The notes: a model not told the origin generated them from the sequence alone. Shown: positions 29,457-41,530, counted from the stretch's first letter. The stretch is DNA of 64,000 bases from an uncultured Chloroflexia bacterium (GCA_963819655.1 CAWFXA010000002.1:1664001-1728000), one strand, 5' to 3'. Program-made: numbers and translations.

Positions 29457-30338
29457 ATGAGCCCGTCCGCCGCGATAGACGCCGCCCAGGTCCGTGCCAC
29501 ATTACGAGCGGCCGGCCTTCGCGCCCGCCATGCGCTGTCGCAGAATTTCCTGGCGGACCCAGATGTGCTCTCCGCGATCCTCGACGAGGCCGACCCGCGA
29601 CCGGGCACCCGCGTCCTGGAGATCGGTCCAGGGCTCGGGCTGCTGACCGGCGGTCTGCTCGACGCGGGCGCAGCGGTGACGGCAGTCGAGCTCGATCGTG
29701 GACTCGCGGCGTTCCTGCGCGAGCAATTCGAGCCGGCTCTCGAGGCCGGACAGCTGGCGCTCGTCGAAGGCGATGCCCTCGACCAGGACCTCGTCCGGCT
29801 CATCCCCGAGCCGTACGACGTCGTCGCGAACCTGCCGTACCACATCACGTCGCCGATCCTGCACGCGTTGCTCGGGGCAGCGCCGCGACCGCGCCGGCTC
29901 GTTCTGATGGTCCAGCGCGAGGTCGCGGAGCGGATCGCCGCCCCGGCCGGGAAGATGAGCTACCTGTCGGTGTTCGTGCAGTACCACGCTCGGGTCCGGA
30001 TCGCGTTCAATGTGCCGCCCGAGGCGTTCGAGCCGGAACCGGCCGTGGAGTCCGCCGTCATCGTGGTGGAGCCGTATGACGCCGACGACCGCCTCGGCCC
30101 GGACGATGAGGACCAGCTGTGGCGGCTGGTGCAGGCGGCATTCCGTGAGCGGCGAAAGATGATCCACAACGTGCTCGCGCGGCAGCTCCCCGTCGACGCG
30201 GGGCGCGTGGCGGCCGCCCTGGAGGCAGCGGGCATCGCACCGGACCGACGTCCGCAGACGCTCGCGGTCGGCGAATGGCTCGTGCTGCGCGAGGCGCTCG
30301 GGCCGATCGGCCAGGATCGACGAGGCCGTCGGGAGTGA
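29457..30338 (+). CDS. rsmA: 16S rRNA dimethyladenosine transferase
   Basis: QNFL, LEIGPGLG, ANLPY, MVQREVAER. Confidence 0.96.
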   Translation: MSPSAAIDAAQVRATLRAAGLRARHALSQNFLADPDVLSAILDEADPRPGTRVLEIGPGLGLLTGGLLDAGAAVTAVELDRGLAAFLREQFEPALEAGQLALVEGDALDQDLVRLIPEPYDVVANLPYHITSPILHALLGAAPRPRRLVLMVQREVAERIAAPAGKMSYLSVFVQYHARVRIAFNVPPEAFEPEPAVESAVIVVEPYDADDRLGPDDEDQLWRLVQAAFRERRKMIHNVLARQLPVDAGRVAAALEAAGIAPDRRPQTLAVGEWLVLREALGPIGQDRRGRRE

Positions 30339-31339
30339 GCCCGGCTGGGCCGGAGTCCGTCCACCTGACGCCGGTCGTCCGGCTGGCGCCGGCCAAGCTC
30401 AACCTGACGCTCGCGGTGGTCGGGCGACGGGCAGATGGGTTCCATGACCTCCATTCGGTGTTCGTGCCGCTCGCCCTGCACGACGTGCTGACCCTCGCGC
30501 CGTCGGGACCCGCTGGACGCGTCGACACGCTCCACGTCAGCGGCCTCGACGCCGGCCCGACCGACGACAACCTGGTGCTCCGGGCGATCGCCGCGGTCCG
30601 GGACGCGATCGGCGCCGGGCCAGGGCGCCCGCCGACGCCGGCGCTCGCTGCCCGTCTCGAGAAGCGGATCCCGGTCGCGGCCGGGCTGGGCGGCGGTTCG
30701 TCCGATGCGGCAGCCGCCTTCGATGGCGCTCTCGAGGCGTGGGGGGTCGATGATCTCGACGCGGGCCGGCGTCTCGCGGCCGGCGCAGGGGTCGGCTCGG
30801 ACGTGCCGTTCTTCCTGGCGGGCGGGCCGGCCCTGGTCGAAGGCCGCGGCGAGCGGGTGACGCCCCTGACCGGTGTGCACGGCCACCCCGGCGTCCTCCT
30901 GGTCACGCCCCGCATCACGGTCCGGACGGCGGACGTCTTCGCCGTGTTCGACGGGGCCCGCGGCACCGGCGACGGCTCGGTCAGGATGACGTCCGCGCAC
31001 CTCGCCCAGGAGCTGGGCAACGGGTTGTCCACGACCGATCTCATCGCTCGGGCGGGTGTGCTCGCGTCGGCCAACGATCTGCTCGCGGCGGCGATCCTGG
31101 TGGTCCCTGAGCTGGTCGGCGTCCGCCGCGCGCTCACGCGCGTGCTGGGTCAGCCGATCGGCATGTCCGGGTCGGGGCCGACGCTGTGGACGCTCTATCC
31201 TTCGCTCGGCGAGGCCGAAGCGGCCGCGGCGGTCGTCGCGGCGGCCGTCGATGACGGCACGATCCCATCGATCGGCGACGGTCCGCCATCGATCATCGCG
31301 ACCACCATCCGCACGGGACACGAGGGAGAGGCGACATGA
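30335..31339 (+). CDS. ispE: 4-diphosphocytidyl-2-C-methyl-D-erythritol kinase
   Basis: APAKLNL, KRIPVAAGLGGGSSDAA, GSDVPFF, MSGSGPT. Confidence 0.95.
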   Translation: MSPAGPESVHLTPVVRLAPAKLNLTLAVVGRRADGFHDLHSVFVPLALHDVLTLAPSGPAGRVDTLHVSGLDAGPTDDNLVLRAIAAVRDAIGAGPGRPPTPALAARLEKRIPVAAGLGGGSSDAAAAFDGALEAWGVDDLDAGRRLAAGAGVGSDVPFFLAGGPALVEGRGERVTPLTGVHGHPGVLLVTPRITVRTADVFAVFDGARGTGDGSVRMTSAHLAQELGNGLSTTDLIARAGVLASANDLLAAAILVVPELVGVRRALTRVLGQPIGMSGSGPTLWTLYPSLGEAEAAAAVVAAAVDDGTIPSIGDGPPSIIATTIRTGHEGEAT

Positions 31340-31719
31340 CGCGTGAGGCCATCTCGACGACGAACGCGCCGGCGGCCGTCGGGCCGTACAGCCAGGCCAT
31401 CGTGGTCGGCGATCTCGTCTTCTGCGCCGGCCAGGGCGCCATCGACCCCGTGACGCAGGACGTGCGGCACGGAACCGTGGAGGAAGAGACCGAGCGCACG
31501 CTCCAGAACCTCGGGGCGGTGCTCGACGCGGCCGGTGCGAGCTTCGCCGACGTGGTCAAGACCACGGTCTTCCTCGTCGACATCGATGACTTCGCGGCGA
31601 TGAACGGCGTGTACGCCCGGTTCTTCCCGGATCCGCCGCCGGCGCGCACGACCGTCGAAGTCGCGGCACTGCCCAAGGGCTTCAAGGTCGAGATCGAGGC
31701 GATCGCGCGGCGCCCGTAG
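31336..31719 (+). CDS. ridA: RidA family enamine/imine deaminase
   Basis: APAAVGPYSQA, PPARTTV, VEIEAIA. Confidence 0.93.
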   Translation: MTREAISTTNAPAAVGPYSQAIVVGDLVFCAGQGAIDPVTQDVRHGTVEEETERTLQNLGAVLDAAGASFADVVKTTVFLVDIDDFAAMNGVYARFFPDPPPARTTVEVAALPKGFKVEIEAIARRP

Positions 31720-31746
31720 CGCGGCCAGTGCGACCTCGCCCCTCGC

Positions 31747-31775
31747 TTGACGCTCCACTCAGGCGCCCATACCAT
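31747..31775 (+). promoter_or_regulatory. Sigma70-type promoter upstream of glmU
   Basis: TTGACG-17 nt-TACCAT. Confidence 0.7.
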
Positions 31776-31902
31776 CCGGCGGACCGACTGATGAACCTAC
31801 CCTTCCGCCCGTCGGGCTTCGGATGCAGCGTGGGCGACCACCGCCCCGCGCACGCCCGGCGCCGCGCATGAACCCCCCACGTCCCGACCCTCAGGCGCAC
31901 GC

Positions 31903-33362
31903 GTGAGCGCTCGGACCGGCCGGACGACCGCCGTCGTCTTGGCCGCGGGCCTCGGCACGCGCATGAAGTCGGCCCTGCCCAAGGTCCTCCACCCACTGTG
32001 CGGGCGGCCGATGCTGGCGTATGTCCTCGACGCCTGGTCGGAGGCTGCCGGCGAGCCCGAGGGCGCGGGTGCGACTCGCCCGGTCGTCGTCTACTCCCCG
32101 GCCGTCGACGCCATCCGCGAACCGTTCGCCGATCGGGCCGATTTCGCGCTCCAGGACGAGCCGCGCGGCACGGGCGACGCGGTGCGGGCCGCCCTGGCGG
32201 CGGTCCCCGACGACCCGGCCGAGATCCTCGTGCTGTCCGGCGACGTCCCGCTGGTGACCAGCGAGGACCTGCGGGCGATCCTCGACGCGCGCCGGGAGGA
32301 CGACGCAGCGATCGCCCTCGCGACGTTCTTTGCCGCCGACCCGGATCGGCTCGGCCGTGTCGTTCGCGGCGAGTTCGGCACGGTCGAAGCGATCGTCGAG
32401 GCCAAGGATGCGACCGACGAGGAGCTCTTCAACAACGAGGTCAACGCCGGGCTGTACGTCTTTGACGCTGCCTGGCTCCGGCGCCGGATCGGCTCCCTCG
32501 AGCCGTCGTCGACGACCGGCGAGCTGTACCTGACCGATCTCGTCCGACTCGCCCGGGAGGACGGGCGGCTCGTCATCGCCGTCGCGTTCGAGGACGACGG
32601 TCGCTTCGATGGCATCAACGACCGGTCGCAGCTCGCCGCCGCCGAGTGGAACCTGCGTGTGCGCCGAAACGAAGAGCACATGCGCGACGGTGTGACGATG
32701 CGCGACCCATCCACGGTCTATCTCGACTGGGACGTGCTGCTCGCGCGCGACGTCACCATCGAGCCGAACGTGGTCCTGCGCGGGGCGACGTCGGTCGGCG
32801 AGGGGACTGTCATCGGTGCAGGCAGCCAGATCGTCGACTCCGCTATCGGACGAAACACGCGCGTCTGGGCGTCGATCGTCGAGTCCTCGACGGTCGAGGA
32901 CAACGCGTCGGTCGGCCCGTTCAGCCACGTCCGGCCCGGCAGCGTCGTGGGCAGGGGTGCGGAGGTCGGCAACTTCGCCGAGCTCAAGAACGCCCACCTC
33001 GGCGCGGGATCGAAGCAGCACCACATGAGCTACCTGGGGGACGCCGAGATCGGCAAGGGCGTCAACATCGGCGCGGGCACCGTCACCGCCAACTACGACG
33101 GGACGCGCAAGACCCGGACGACGATCGGCGATGGTGCGTTCATCGGGGTCGACACGATGATCGTCGCGCCGCGCGACATCGGGAAGGGCGCCCGAACCGG
33201 CGCCGGGGCGGTCGTAACGAAGGACGTCCCGCCGGGCAAGCTCGCGGTCGGGGTACCGGCACGCATCCGCGAACCGCGCCCGAAACCTCCGCCGGATGTG
33301 GCGGCCGACGCCGACGCCACGGCCGGGGCCGACGCCACGACCGCTGACGGTGACGCCCCCAC

Positions 33363-33366
<4 letters not shown>
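31903..33366 (+). CDS. glmU: Bifunctional GlmU
   Basis: LAAGLGTRMKS, GTGDAV, GELYLTD, hexapeptide repeats, SYLGDA, NYDG. Confidence 0.97.
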
Positions 33367-34696
<1,330 letters not shown>

Positions 34697-34700
<4 letters not shown>

Positions 34701-35722
34701 GCCGAGATCACCCCGACGATGATCTCCTCGAGGCGCGCTCGGGCCGCGGGCTCGACCACCCCCGCCGCGTCCAACTCGGCCAGCGCATCGTCGCGATAGC
34801 GGCGCGCGGTGTCACGCGTGTAGTCGCGCGCTCCGACCCGCTCCAGGATCCGCACGATCTCGGCGAGCTCCTCCTCGGACGGCCCCTTCGTCGCGTACAG
34901 CTCGAGCAACCGTGCCCGATCCTCCGGGCCGGCGTGCTCGACCGCATAGATGACCGGCAGCGTCTTCTTCTTGTGGGCGACGTCCGACGGTTCCTTGCCG
35001 GTCGTCTGTTCGGCGCCCCAGATCCCGAGCAGGTCGTCGTTGAGCTGGAACGCGATCCCGAGCGCCCAGCCGAACGCCCGATAGCGGCCGATGACCGCCT
35101 CGTCGTCGGTCGCCAGCAGCGCGCCGGCCTCGATCGAGGCGGCGATGAGCGCCGCTGTCTTCCGGCCGATCATGTCGAAGTAGGCGTCGACCGACATGAC
35201 CTCGTCCGACTCGCTCGTCGCGATGTCGATGTACTGCCCCTCGCACAGCGCCAGGCACGTCTCGTCGAAGAGGCGCATCAACCGGATGACCTTGGCGTCC
35301 GAGAAGCCGAGATCGGTCAGTCGATGGAGCGCGATCCGGGACAGGCTGAACAGCGTGTCGCCGGCGTTGATCGCCTGCGGGATGCCGTGGATCGACCACA
35401 GCGTGGGTCGATGGCGGCGCTCGGTGTCGCCGTCCTCGATGTCGTCGTGGACCAGGCTGAAGTTGTGACCGAGCTCGACCGCTGCCGCGCCGGGGAGTGC
35501 CTGGCGATGGTCGCCGGCGATCGAGGCATAGGCGAGCAGGCCGAGCAGCGGCCGCACCCGCTTGCCGCCGTTCGCGCCCTTCCCGTCAAGCGCCAGGTGG
35601 TAGCGGACCATCTCGTACAGGCCGTGGGTCGATGCGTCGCGATCGCGGACGAGCCGGACGATCTCGCCTTCCGTGTCGGCGATGAGGTCGTCGAGGTCCA
35701 GGTCAGGCGATGCGGTCGTCAT
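34697..35722 (-). CDS. Polyprenyl diphosphate synthase
   Basis: GGKRVRP, SLVHDDIED, GQYID, FQLNDD, KKTLP. Confidence 0.94.
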
Positions 35723-35946
35723 CGCGACCAGTGTACACCGAAACATGTCCGCCGGAAGTAGCCTGTTGATTGGGGGCGATATGACGCTCGGCGGGCACGG
35801 ATAAGCGCCGGTACGGGGGACGCGACCGTACCGGCGCCTGATTCGGATACGCAGCCGATGGCGATCCGGATGAATGGGAATTTCGGCTGTCGTGGGATAG
35901 GCCGAACGGCCGGATCCGCGCCGGTGGTGCTACCGTCCGGAGCGAG

Positions 35947-36711
35947 ATGCCCGTCCCCCGTCGCTACACCACGGACGCCATCGTCCTGTCGCGCTTCGAC
36001 CTCGGTGAGGCGGACCGTGTCCTGACCCTGATCACCCCTGGCGGCGGCAAGCTCAAGGCGATCGCCAAGGGCATCCGGCGACCCACCTCGCGGCTGGGCG
36101 GCAGCCTCGAGCCGTTTGCGGAACTGACGGTCGCGCTCGCGCGAGGACGAACGTTCGACGTCGTCACCCAGGTCAGCGTCGGGCATGCGTGGCTCAGGCT
36201 TCGCGACGACCTCGAGAGCGCCGCGACCGCCTGGTACCTGGCCGAGCTCGCCGACCGCTCGCTCGAGGAACGGCACGCCGCCGAGCCGCTGTACGCGCTC
36301 TTGCGCCGTGCCTACGAGCTACTCGACGCGGGCATGGCCCCGGGACGGGTGGCGCGCTGGTTCGAGATGCATCTGCTCGACGAGCTGGGCGTCCGCCCGG
36401 AGGTCGATCGCTGCGTCGAATGTGACCGGGTGCTGGAGTCCGACGAGCGTTTCCGCTGGGTGCCCCCACTCGGCGGCATCGTGTGCGAGCGCTGTCCAGG
36501 CCCCCCGCATGATCGGACCGGCGTCAGCCTCGAGGCGCTCAAGCTGCTCAAGGCCTACCAGCGCCTCGACATCGAGGCTCTCGCTGGTCTGCGCCTGACG
36601 GCCGCGGTGGAACGCGAGAGCGAGACTGCGCTGCGCGACTTCGTTCGCCACGTCCTGGAGCGGGAAGCGCGCTCGCTGGCTTTCCTCGACGAGGTTCGCG
36701 CCGTCACCTGA
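35947..36711 (+). CDS. recO: DNA repair protein RecO
   Basis: LGEADRV, AKGIRR..SRLGGSLEPF, C..C...C..C zinc motif. Confidence 0.95.
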   Translation: MPVPRRYTTDAIVLSRFDLGEADRVLTLITPGGGKLKAIAKGIRRPTSRLGGSLEPFAELTVALARGRTFDVVTQVSVGHAWLRLRDDLESAATAWYLAELADRSLEERHAAEPLYALLRRAYELLDAGMAPGRVARWFEMHLLDELGVRPEVDRCVECDRVLESDERFRWVPPLGGIVCERCPGPPHDRTGVSLEALKLLKAYQRLDIEALAGLRLTAAVERESETALRDFVRHVLEREARSLAFLDEVRAVT

Positions 36712-37000
36712 CCCGGCACGGACCACGCCAGCGTCCCGCCGGGTGAGCCAGGACCAACGGGCCATGACCATGTGGTGCGCGGATGCACCACAAGTTGTGA
36801 CGGGTTTGGAGGGGTCGAGGCCGCATCCGTTAGGTCCGGGGCGGTCGAAATTGACGGAGAGATTACGCTTGATAGCGCATTCGTACTAGACCGGGGGGTC
36901 CCTCGCTGCCATGATGCGCGCGTCTCATTCGAGTCGATTCAGGGGGAATCCGCTGAGCGGCTCACGACCCGGGGATGCCCCGGAGCTTCAGGAGGTCCTC

Positions 37001-37837
37001 ATGCGGGGGTTTTCGACCGTGAAACGTCGACATCGTTCACCGACCCGGATCGCGCTCGTTGCGGCGACCGGTGTCCTTCTTCTGACGGCGGCGTTCGTGC
37101 CCGCCTCCCTGCTGGCCGCTGCGCCGACTCCGGCTGCGGGGTCCGCGACGGTCGATGGCAACACAGGCGATTGGTCGCTCGGCGCCGACTTCTTCGGTGA
37201 CATGAACGACGGCGTGGACGGCCATCCGGTCCGCGCCAAGTTCTACGCCAAGTACGACTGCGACGCAGAGGTCCTGTATGGCCTCGTCCTCGTCCAGGGC
37301 GATGAGAAGGCGCGTCAGGATCGACCGGACGAGGCCTACATCACGATCGACGGCAGCGGCAAGCTGACCGACCCGAGCGATGGCAACGACGGCACGCCCC
37401 CGGACTTCGCGTGGGTCAACGGTAACGGCACCCTGGCCGACGGGTGGGAGGCTTCCGGGCCGCTCGCTCCGGGTAGCTACACGATCCGCGTCCACGTCCT
37501 GGTCGCCGACGACAGCGCCGACGGCTACACGCCGATGGACCTGATCGGGCGCAACGTGCCGCTCGTGATCGAATGCGGCGGCGTCGCGCCGACGCAGGGC
37601 ACGCGCACCCCGACGCCGGATCCGCCCGGCGGTGGCGTCGCTCCGACGACGGGCACGCGTCCCGTGAACACCCTGCCGCCGACCGACACGATCGAGGGGT
37701 CCGCGACGAGCGGACCGGGCGGTGCCGGACTCGTGCTGCTGTTCCTCGGTCTGGGCTCGTTCGTCAGCCTGGTCGCGACCCGCGGTCGCCGCCGGCCTGC
37801 AGCGATCGAGGTCAAGGAGGACATCGACCGGCGATGA
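37001..37837 (+). CDS. Secreted protein with C-terminal LPPTD-TM-basic tail
   Basis: GGAGG RBS, signal peptide, Asp/Gly-rich domain, Pro/Thr linker, TLPPTDT, hydrophobic helix, RGRRR. Confidence 0.8.
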   Translation: MRGFSTVKRRHRSPTRIALVAATGVLLLTAAFVPASLLAAAPTPAAGSATVDGNTGDWSLGADFFGDMNDGVDGHPVRAKFYAKYDCDAEVLYGLVLVQGDEKARQDRPDEAYITIDGSGKLTDPSDGNDGTPPDFAWVNGNGTLADGWEASGPLAPGSYTIRVHVLVADDSADGYTPMDLIGRNVPLVIECGGVAPTQGTRTPTPDPPGGGVAPTTGTRPVNTLPPTDTIEGSATSGPGGAGLVLLFLGLGSFVSLVATRGRRRPAAIEVKEDIDRR

Positions 37838-37847
37838 CCCTCTAGCG

Positions 37848-39041
37848 GTGGCGCGCCTGACCCGCGCCGCCGCGATAGCAGCGGGGGCGGTCGCGTCCTC
37901 CGCCGCATTCCTGGCCGGCGCCGCCGCTCTCGGTGGCGCCGCGTCCGGACTCATCGAACGCCGCCGTAACCGCGTCCTCCAGCCCGGTCCGTACCACGCG
38001 TCGGGCCGGGCTCTCGCTGTGCACCGTGGGCTGACCGTCGTCGACCTGCACGCCGACTCCCTGTTGTGGGGTCGCGACCTCCGCCGCCGCGCGTCGTTCG
38101 GGCACGTCGACGTGCCGCGCCTGGTCGAGGGCGGCGTCGCGATCGTCGGGATGGCAGCCTCGACGAAAGTGCCGCGTCGGGTGAACCTCGACCGCAACGA
38201 CGATCGGACCGACGACGTCACCCTGCTCGCACTCGCCCAGCGCTGGCCGAGGGCGACCTGGAGCAGCACACTGGCTCGGGCCGTCTATCTCGCGTCCCGA
38301 CTCCGAACGATGGCCGCCGGATCCGCCGGCGCCCTGACCCTGATCGAAACACGTGCCGACCTGGACGCCTACCTCGCTCGCCGGGCGATCGACCCCGCGA
38401 TCACGGCCGCGTTCCTCGCGATCGAAGGCGCGCAGGTGCTCGAGGACGACATCGCGAACCTCGACATCCTCGTCGCCGCCGGCTACCGGATGCTGTCGCC
38501 GGCCCACTTCTTCGACACGGCGTATGGCGGTTCCGCGCATGGCATGGTCAAAGGCGGGTTGACGCCGGCGGGGCGCGATCTCCTGTCGCGCATGGAAGCG
38601 AGCGGCGTGATCATGGACGTCGCGCACGCGTCGTCGGCGACGATCGACGACATCCTGTCGATCGCCGTGAGGCCGATCGTCGCCTCGCACACCGGTGTGC
38701 GCGCGGCGGTCCCGGGTGTCCGGAACCTCCCCGACGACCAGGTCCGCGGGATCGCCGCGACCGGCGGGCTGCTCGGTATCGGGTTCTGGCCCGTTGCCTC
38801 CGGCGGCGATGACGTCGCCTCGATCGCGCGGTCCATCGTCAGCGCCATCGAGCTCGCCGGCGTCGAGCACGTCGGGCTTGGTTCCGACTTCGACGGCGCC
38901 GTTCCGACGCCTTTCGACGCGACCGGGATGCCATTGCTCACCGAGGCGCTGCTAATCGAGGGGCTATCCGAGGAAGACATCGGCGCAGTCATGGGCGGCA
39001 ATGCCATCCGCGTGCTCGCCGCGACGCTGCCGACTGATTGA
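37848..39041 (+). CDS. Membrane dipeptidase (peptidase M19)
   Basis: DLHAD, IEG, DVAH, SHTG, GLGSDFDG. Confidence 0.9.
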   Translation: MARLTRAAAIAAGAVASSAAFLAGAAALGGAASGLIERRRNRVLQPGPYHASGRALAVHRGLTVVDLHADSLLWGRDLRRRASFGHVDVPRLVEGGVAIVGMAASTKVPRRVNLDRNDDRTDDVTLLALAQRWPRATWSSTLARAVYLASRLRTMAAGSAGALTLIETRADLDAYLARRAIDPAITAAFLAIEGAQVLEDDIANLDILVAAGYRMLSPAHFFDTAYGGSAHGMVKGGLTPAGRDLLSRMEASGVIMDVAHASSATIDDILSIAVRPIVASHTGVRAAVPGVRNLPDDQVRGIAATGGLLGIGFWPVASGGDDVASIARSIVSAIELAGVEHVGLGSDFDGAVPTPFDATGMPLLTEALLIEGLSEEDIGAVMGGNAIRVLAATLPTD

Positions 39042-39145
39042 TCAGCGCATCACCTGCCGGTCCGCCACGTCACGCGAACGTTCGTCCCGCACGCATCGAC
39101 CCGACCCGTCGATCAGCCCGGCTGCCGTCGAGCGCGGGGGCCCGG

Positions 39146-40804
39146 TTATCGCGCGGCCGCGGCTGGGCTCGGGGCGACCTCGGCCGGGGCGGCCTCCGCC
39201 CGACTCGAGTAGGCCATGCTCTGGATCGAAGCAAACCCGCCGACGTGCGCGGAGACGATAACCACCACACGATCAGAAGAGGCTGCAATGTCTGAGCCGA
39301 TGTACTCATCCGCATCCGGCATCGTGGGCAGACCGCTCTCCCGTCGCCAGGCGACACCGTCGTCGCTCCGCCACAGCTCGAGATCGAACGCTCCTTGGCT
39401 TTGATCCACTCTCGTGCCGATCGCGAACTGTTGCCCGCGGCTGGATGCGATCGCCTCCAGAGCGGGTGCTCCTGTCACGGCGACCGACGTCCACCCGGTG
39501 CCTTCAGTGGATGTCACGGCGACACCTAAGCAGTCTGGCTGGCAGATCGAGCCGACGGCGATGAGTCCAGCTGCGCCGACCGCGACACCAGACAGGTAGC
39601 CGTCGAAGTCCAGTCCCGCATCCGCGCGACGCCACGTCAGGCCATCGAGCGAGGTCCAGGCCGCAGCCCGACCCGGGCCGGCGGCACCGTTCATGGCCCG
39701 GCCCACGGCGACGAAGCCCGTAGGCGTGGACGCGACATCGAGCATCCCGCCACAGGTCGGCTCTTCGCCCGTGTCGAAGCACAGCCCGACGTCCATGTCA
39801 TCGGAGTCCGTGGCACGGGTCCAGTCGACGCCGTTGGGTGAGGTCCACGCCGCAGCGTGCGCCGGCCCCAGTTGCCCATCCCCAGCAAGCGTCTGCGCGT
39901 AGCCGGCCATGACGTAGGCCCGATCGTCTGCCGTGATCGCGACGATCGGGCTGGAGAACCGATCGATGATGCCCGGCCCGAGATCGAGATGGACGCGCTC
40001 CCAGATCTGCCCATCGGCCGATCGCCAGACCGCCGGACCGCTCGTACAGGGGGCGACGGCACAGGCGGAACGTGGCGGGTTGTAGTCATATCCAACGGCG
40101 ACGAGGCCGGCCGGACCGTTCGCTACGTCGTAGATGGACCTCTCCGGCCCGCTTGTCGGCACCGAGAGGCCCATCTCGAGGCCGGGCTGGTTGGGGGCGG
40201 CGGTCCAACCCGCGCCGCCCACATCCGTCCAGGCGGCTCCGTAACAGGCGGTCGGGTCGCTGAAGTTCGGGAGGCATTCACCGCGGCCTACACCGACAAC
40301 GGTGGTTCCAGCGATGGTGACAGCCGAGATGTAGCGCCCCGTCCCACTGTCCTCGATCCCATGCGCCTCCCATGTCTCGGCGATCGTGGCCGTGGGAGCC
40401 GCGGGCCGGGGAGTGACGACGGCCACCGGCGGCGTCCGTATCACCGTCGTCGGCGGGTCGTTCTCAGCCGCGCGCCGGAGATAGGAGCCGACGGCGCTGG
40501 CCCCGAGGATCGCTACGAGGGCGAGGACCGCGGCGGCCAGGAGGACGTACCGCTGGGACCTGCCGCTCTGGCGGGAGATCGTAGCCGCGACCGCCTGATC
40601 GACCCGGCGGCTGGGCATCAAGTCGAGCGGCTGGGCGAGATCGAAGGCGTCGGTCCGCATCGCAGCTGCGGTGCGCGCGCAGGCGGGACACCCGGCGAGG
40701 TGGGTCTCGAGCTCGGCGGCCTGTGACGCCGTCAATGGGCCATCGATGGCGCTCGCAGCGAGCTCCAGCGTGCGGTCGTGGATGCGGCGATCAGCGAGAG
40801 TCAT
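39146..40804 (-). CDS. Zinc-finger (HxxxCxxC) anti-sigma factor with extracellular beta-repeat domain
   Basis: HLAGCPAC, single TM, repeated W.S.DG..W motifs; coupled to ECF sigma. Confidence 0.82.
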   Translation of the reverse strand: MTLADRRIHDRTLELAASAIDGPLTASQAAELETHLAGCPACARTAAAMRTDAFDLAQPLDLMPSRRVDQAVAATISRQSGRSQRYVLLAAAVLALVAILGASAVGSYLRRAAENDPPTTVIRTPPVAVVTPRPAAPTATIAETWEAHGIEDSGTGRYISAVTIAGTTVVGVGRGECLPNFSDPTACYGAAWTDVGGAGWTAAPNQPGLEMGLSVPTSGPERSIYDVANGPAGLVAVGYDYNPPRSACAVAPCTSGPAVWRSADGQIWERVHLDLGPGIIDRFSSPIVAITADDRAYVMAGYAQTLAGDGQLGPAHAAAWTSPNGVDWTRATDSDDMDVGLCFDTGEEPTCGGMLDVASTPTGFVAVGRAMNGAAGPGRAAAWTSLDGLTWRRADAGLDFDGYLSGVAVGAAGLIAVGSICQPDCLGVAVTSTEGTGWTSVAVTGAPALEAIASSRGQQFAIGTRVDQSQGAFDLELWRSDDGVAWRRESGLPTMPDADEYIGSDIAASSDRVVVIVSAHVGGFASIQSMAYSSRAEAAPAEVAPSPAAAAR

Positions 40805-41376
40805 GCCTGATCCTCCGCGGCATCGAGGAGCTTACGCAGCTGGACCCGGGCGCGGCACATGAGTGTCCGGGTGGCGCCCTCGGTCCGGCCGATCGAGGCG
40901 GCGATCTCACTGCCGGCGAAGCCATGGGCGGCGAGTAGCAGGGCCGCTCGTCCGTCTGGCGCGAGAGCCGCCAGGGCGACGTGGAGCTCGGAGTCCCCCT
41001 CGACCCGGAGGGTCTCGCCCTCCGGGCGTATTGGCTCGCTGCGATCGACGAGACGTGGCAACAAACGGGTCAGACTTGCCCGGCGGCGTGAGCGGCTGAT
41101 CGCTGCGTTGGAGGCCGTCCGGTAGAGCCATGGCCGAATCCGATCGGGCATCCGTCCGGCACGGGCCTCGCCGATCAAGCTGATGAAGGTCTCCTGGAGG
41201 ATGTCCTCAGCCGCCTCACGGTCGCGCGTCATCCGGAAAAGAAAGCCAAGGATCTCTGATCGGCTGTCCTCGTAGACGGCAGTCAGGGTGAGGTCATCGG
41301 CGCGCCCGCCCCGCCGCGGCCGCTCGAGGGCCGGTCGCTGTTCGGCGGGCTTCACGGGCGCCGGCATCTCGGTCAC
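40801..41376 (-). CDS. ECF RNA polymerase sigma factor
   Basis: AEDILQETF, WLYRTASN, EIA...GATRTL..RAR. Confidence 0.92.
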   Translation of the reverse strand: MTEMPAPVKPAEQRPALERPRRGGRADDLTLTAVYEDSRSEILGFLFRMTRDREAAEDILQETFISLIGEARAGRMPDRIRPWLYRTASNAAISRSRRRASLTRLLPRLVDRSEPIRPEGETLRVEGDSELHVALAALAPDGRAALLLAAHGFAGSEIAASIGRTEGATRTLMCRARVQLRKLLDAAEDQA

Positions 41377-41383
41377 GCACCTA

Positions 41384-41410
41384 GAACGAGCAGGTGGATC
41401 ATCTTGTTAC
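41384..41410 (-). promoter_or_regulatory. ECF-type promoter of the sigma gene (probable autoregulation)
   Basis: Minus strand GTAAC-17 nt-CGTTC, 7 nt before the GTG start. Confidence 0.65.
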
Positions 41411-41530
41411 CGGCGATCATCGGAAAAGAACCCTTGCTCCTTGCCATTGCGACCGCTCGCTACTGGTAGCATCGGGTTTCACCCATCCCGCGCGGCCATG
41501 CCACGGTCGCGTATCAGCGGAGACCCTCCC

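Noticed and set aside
31720-31902. tRNA-Gln (often near ispE/glmU) or hammerhead ribozyme (ctgatga)
   Set aside because: No cloverleaf, T-loop or CCA; the hammerhead GAAA partner is missing.
36780-37000. c-di-AMP riboswitch ahead of the secreted protein
   Set aside because: Short hairpins and a gggggaa word are present, but the other conserved segments were not found by eye; a cmscan would settle it.
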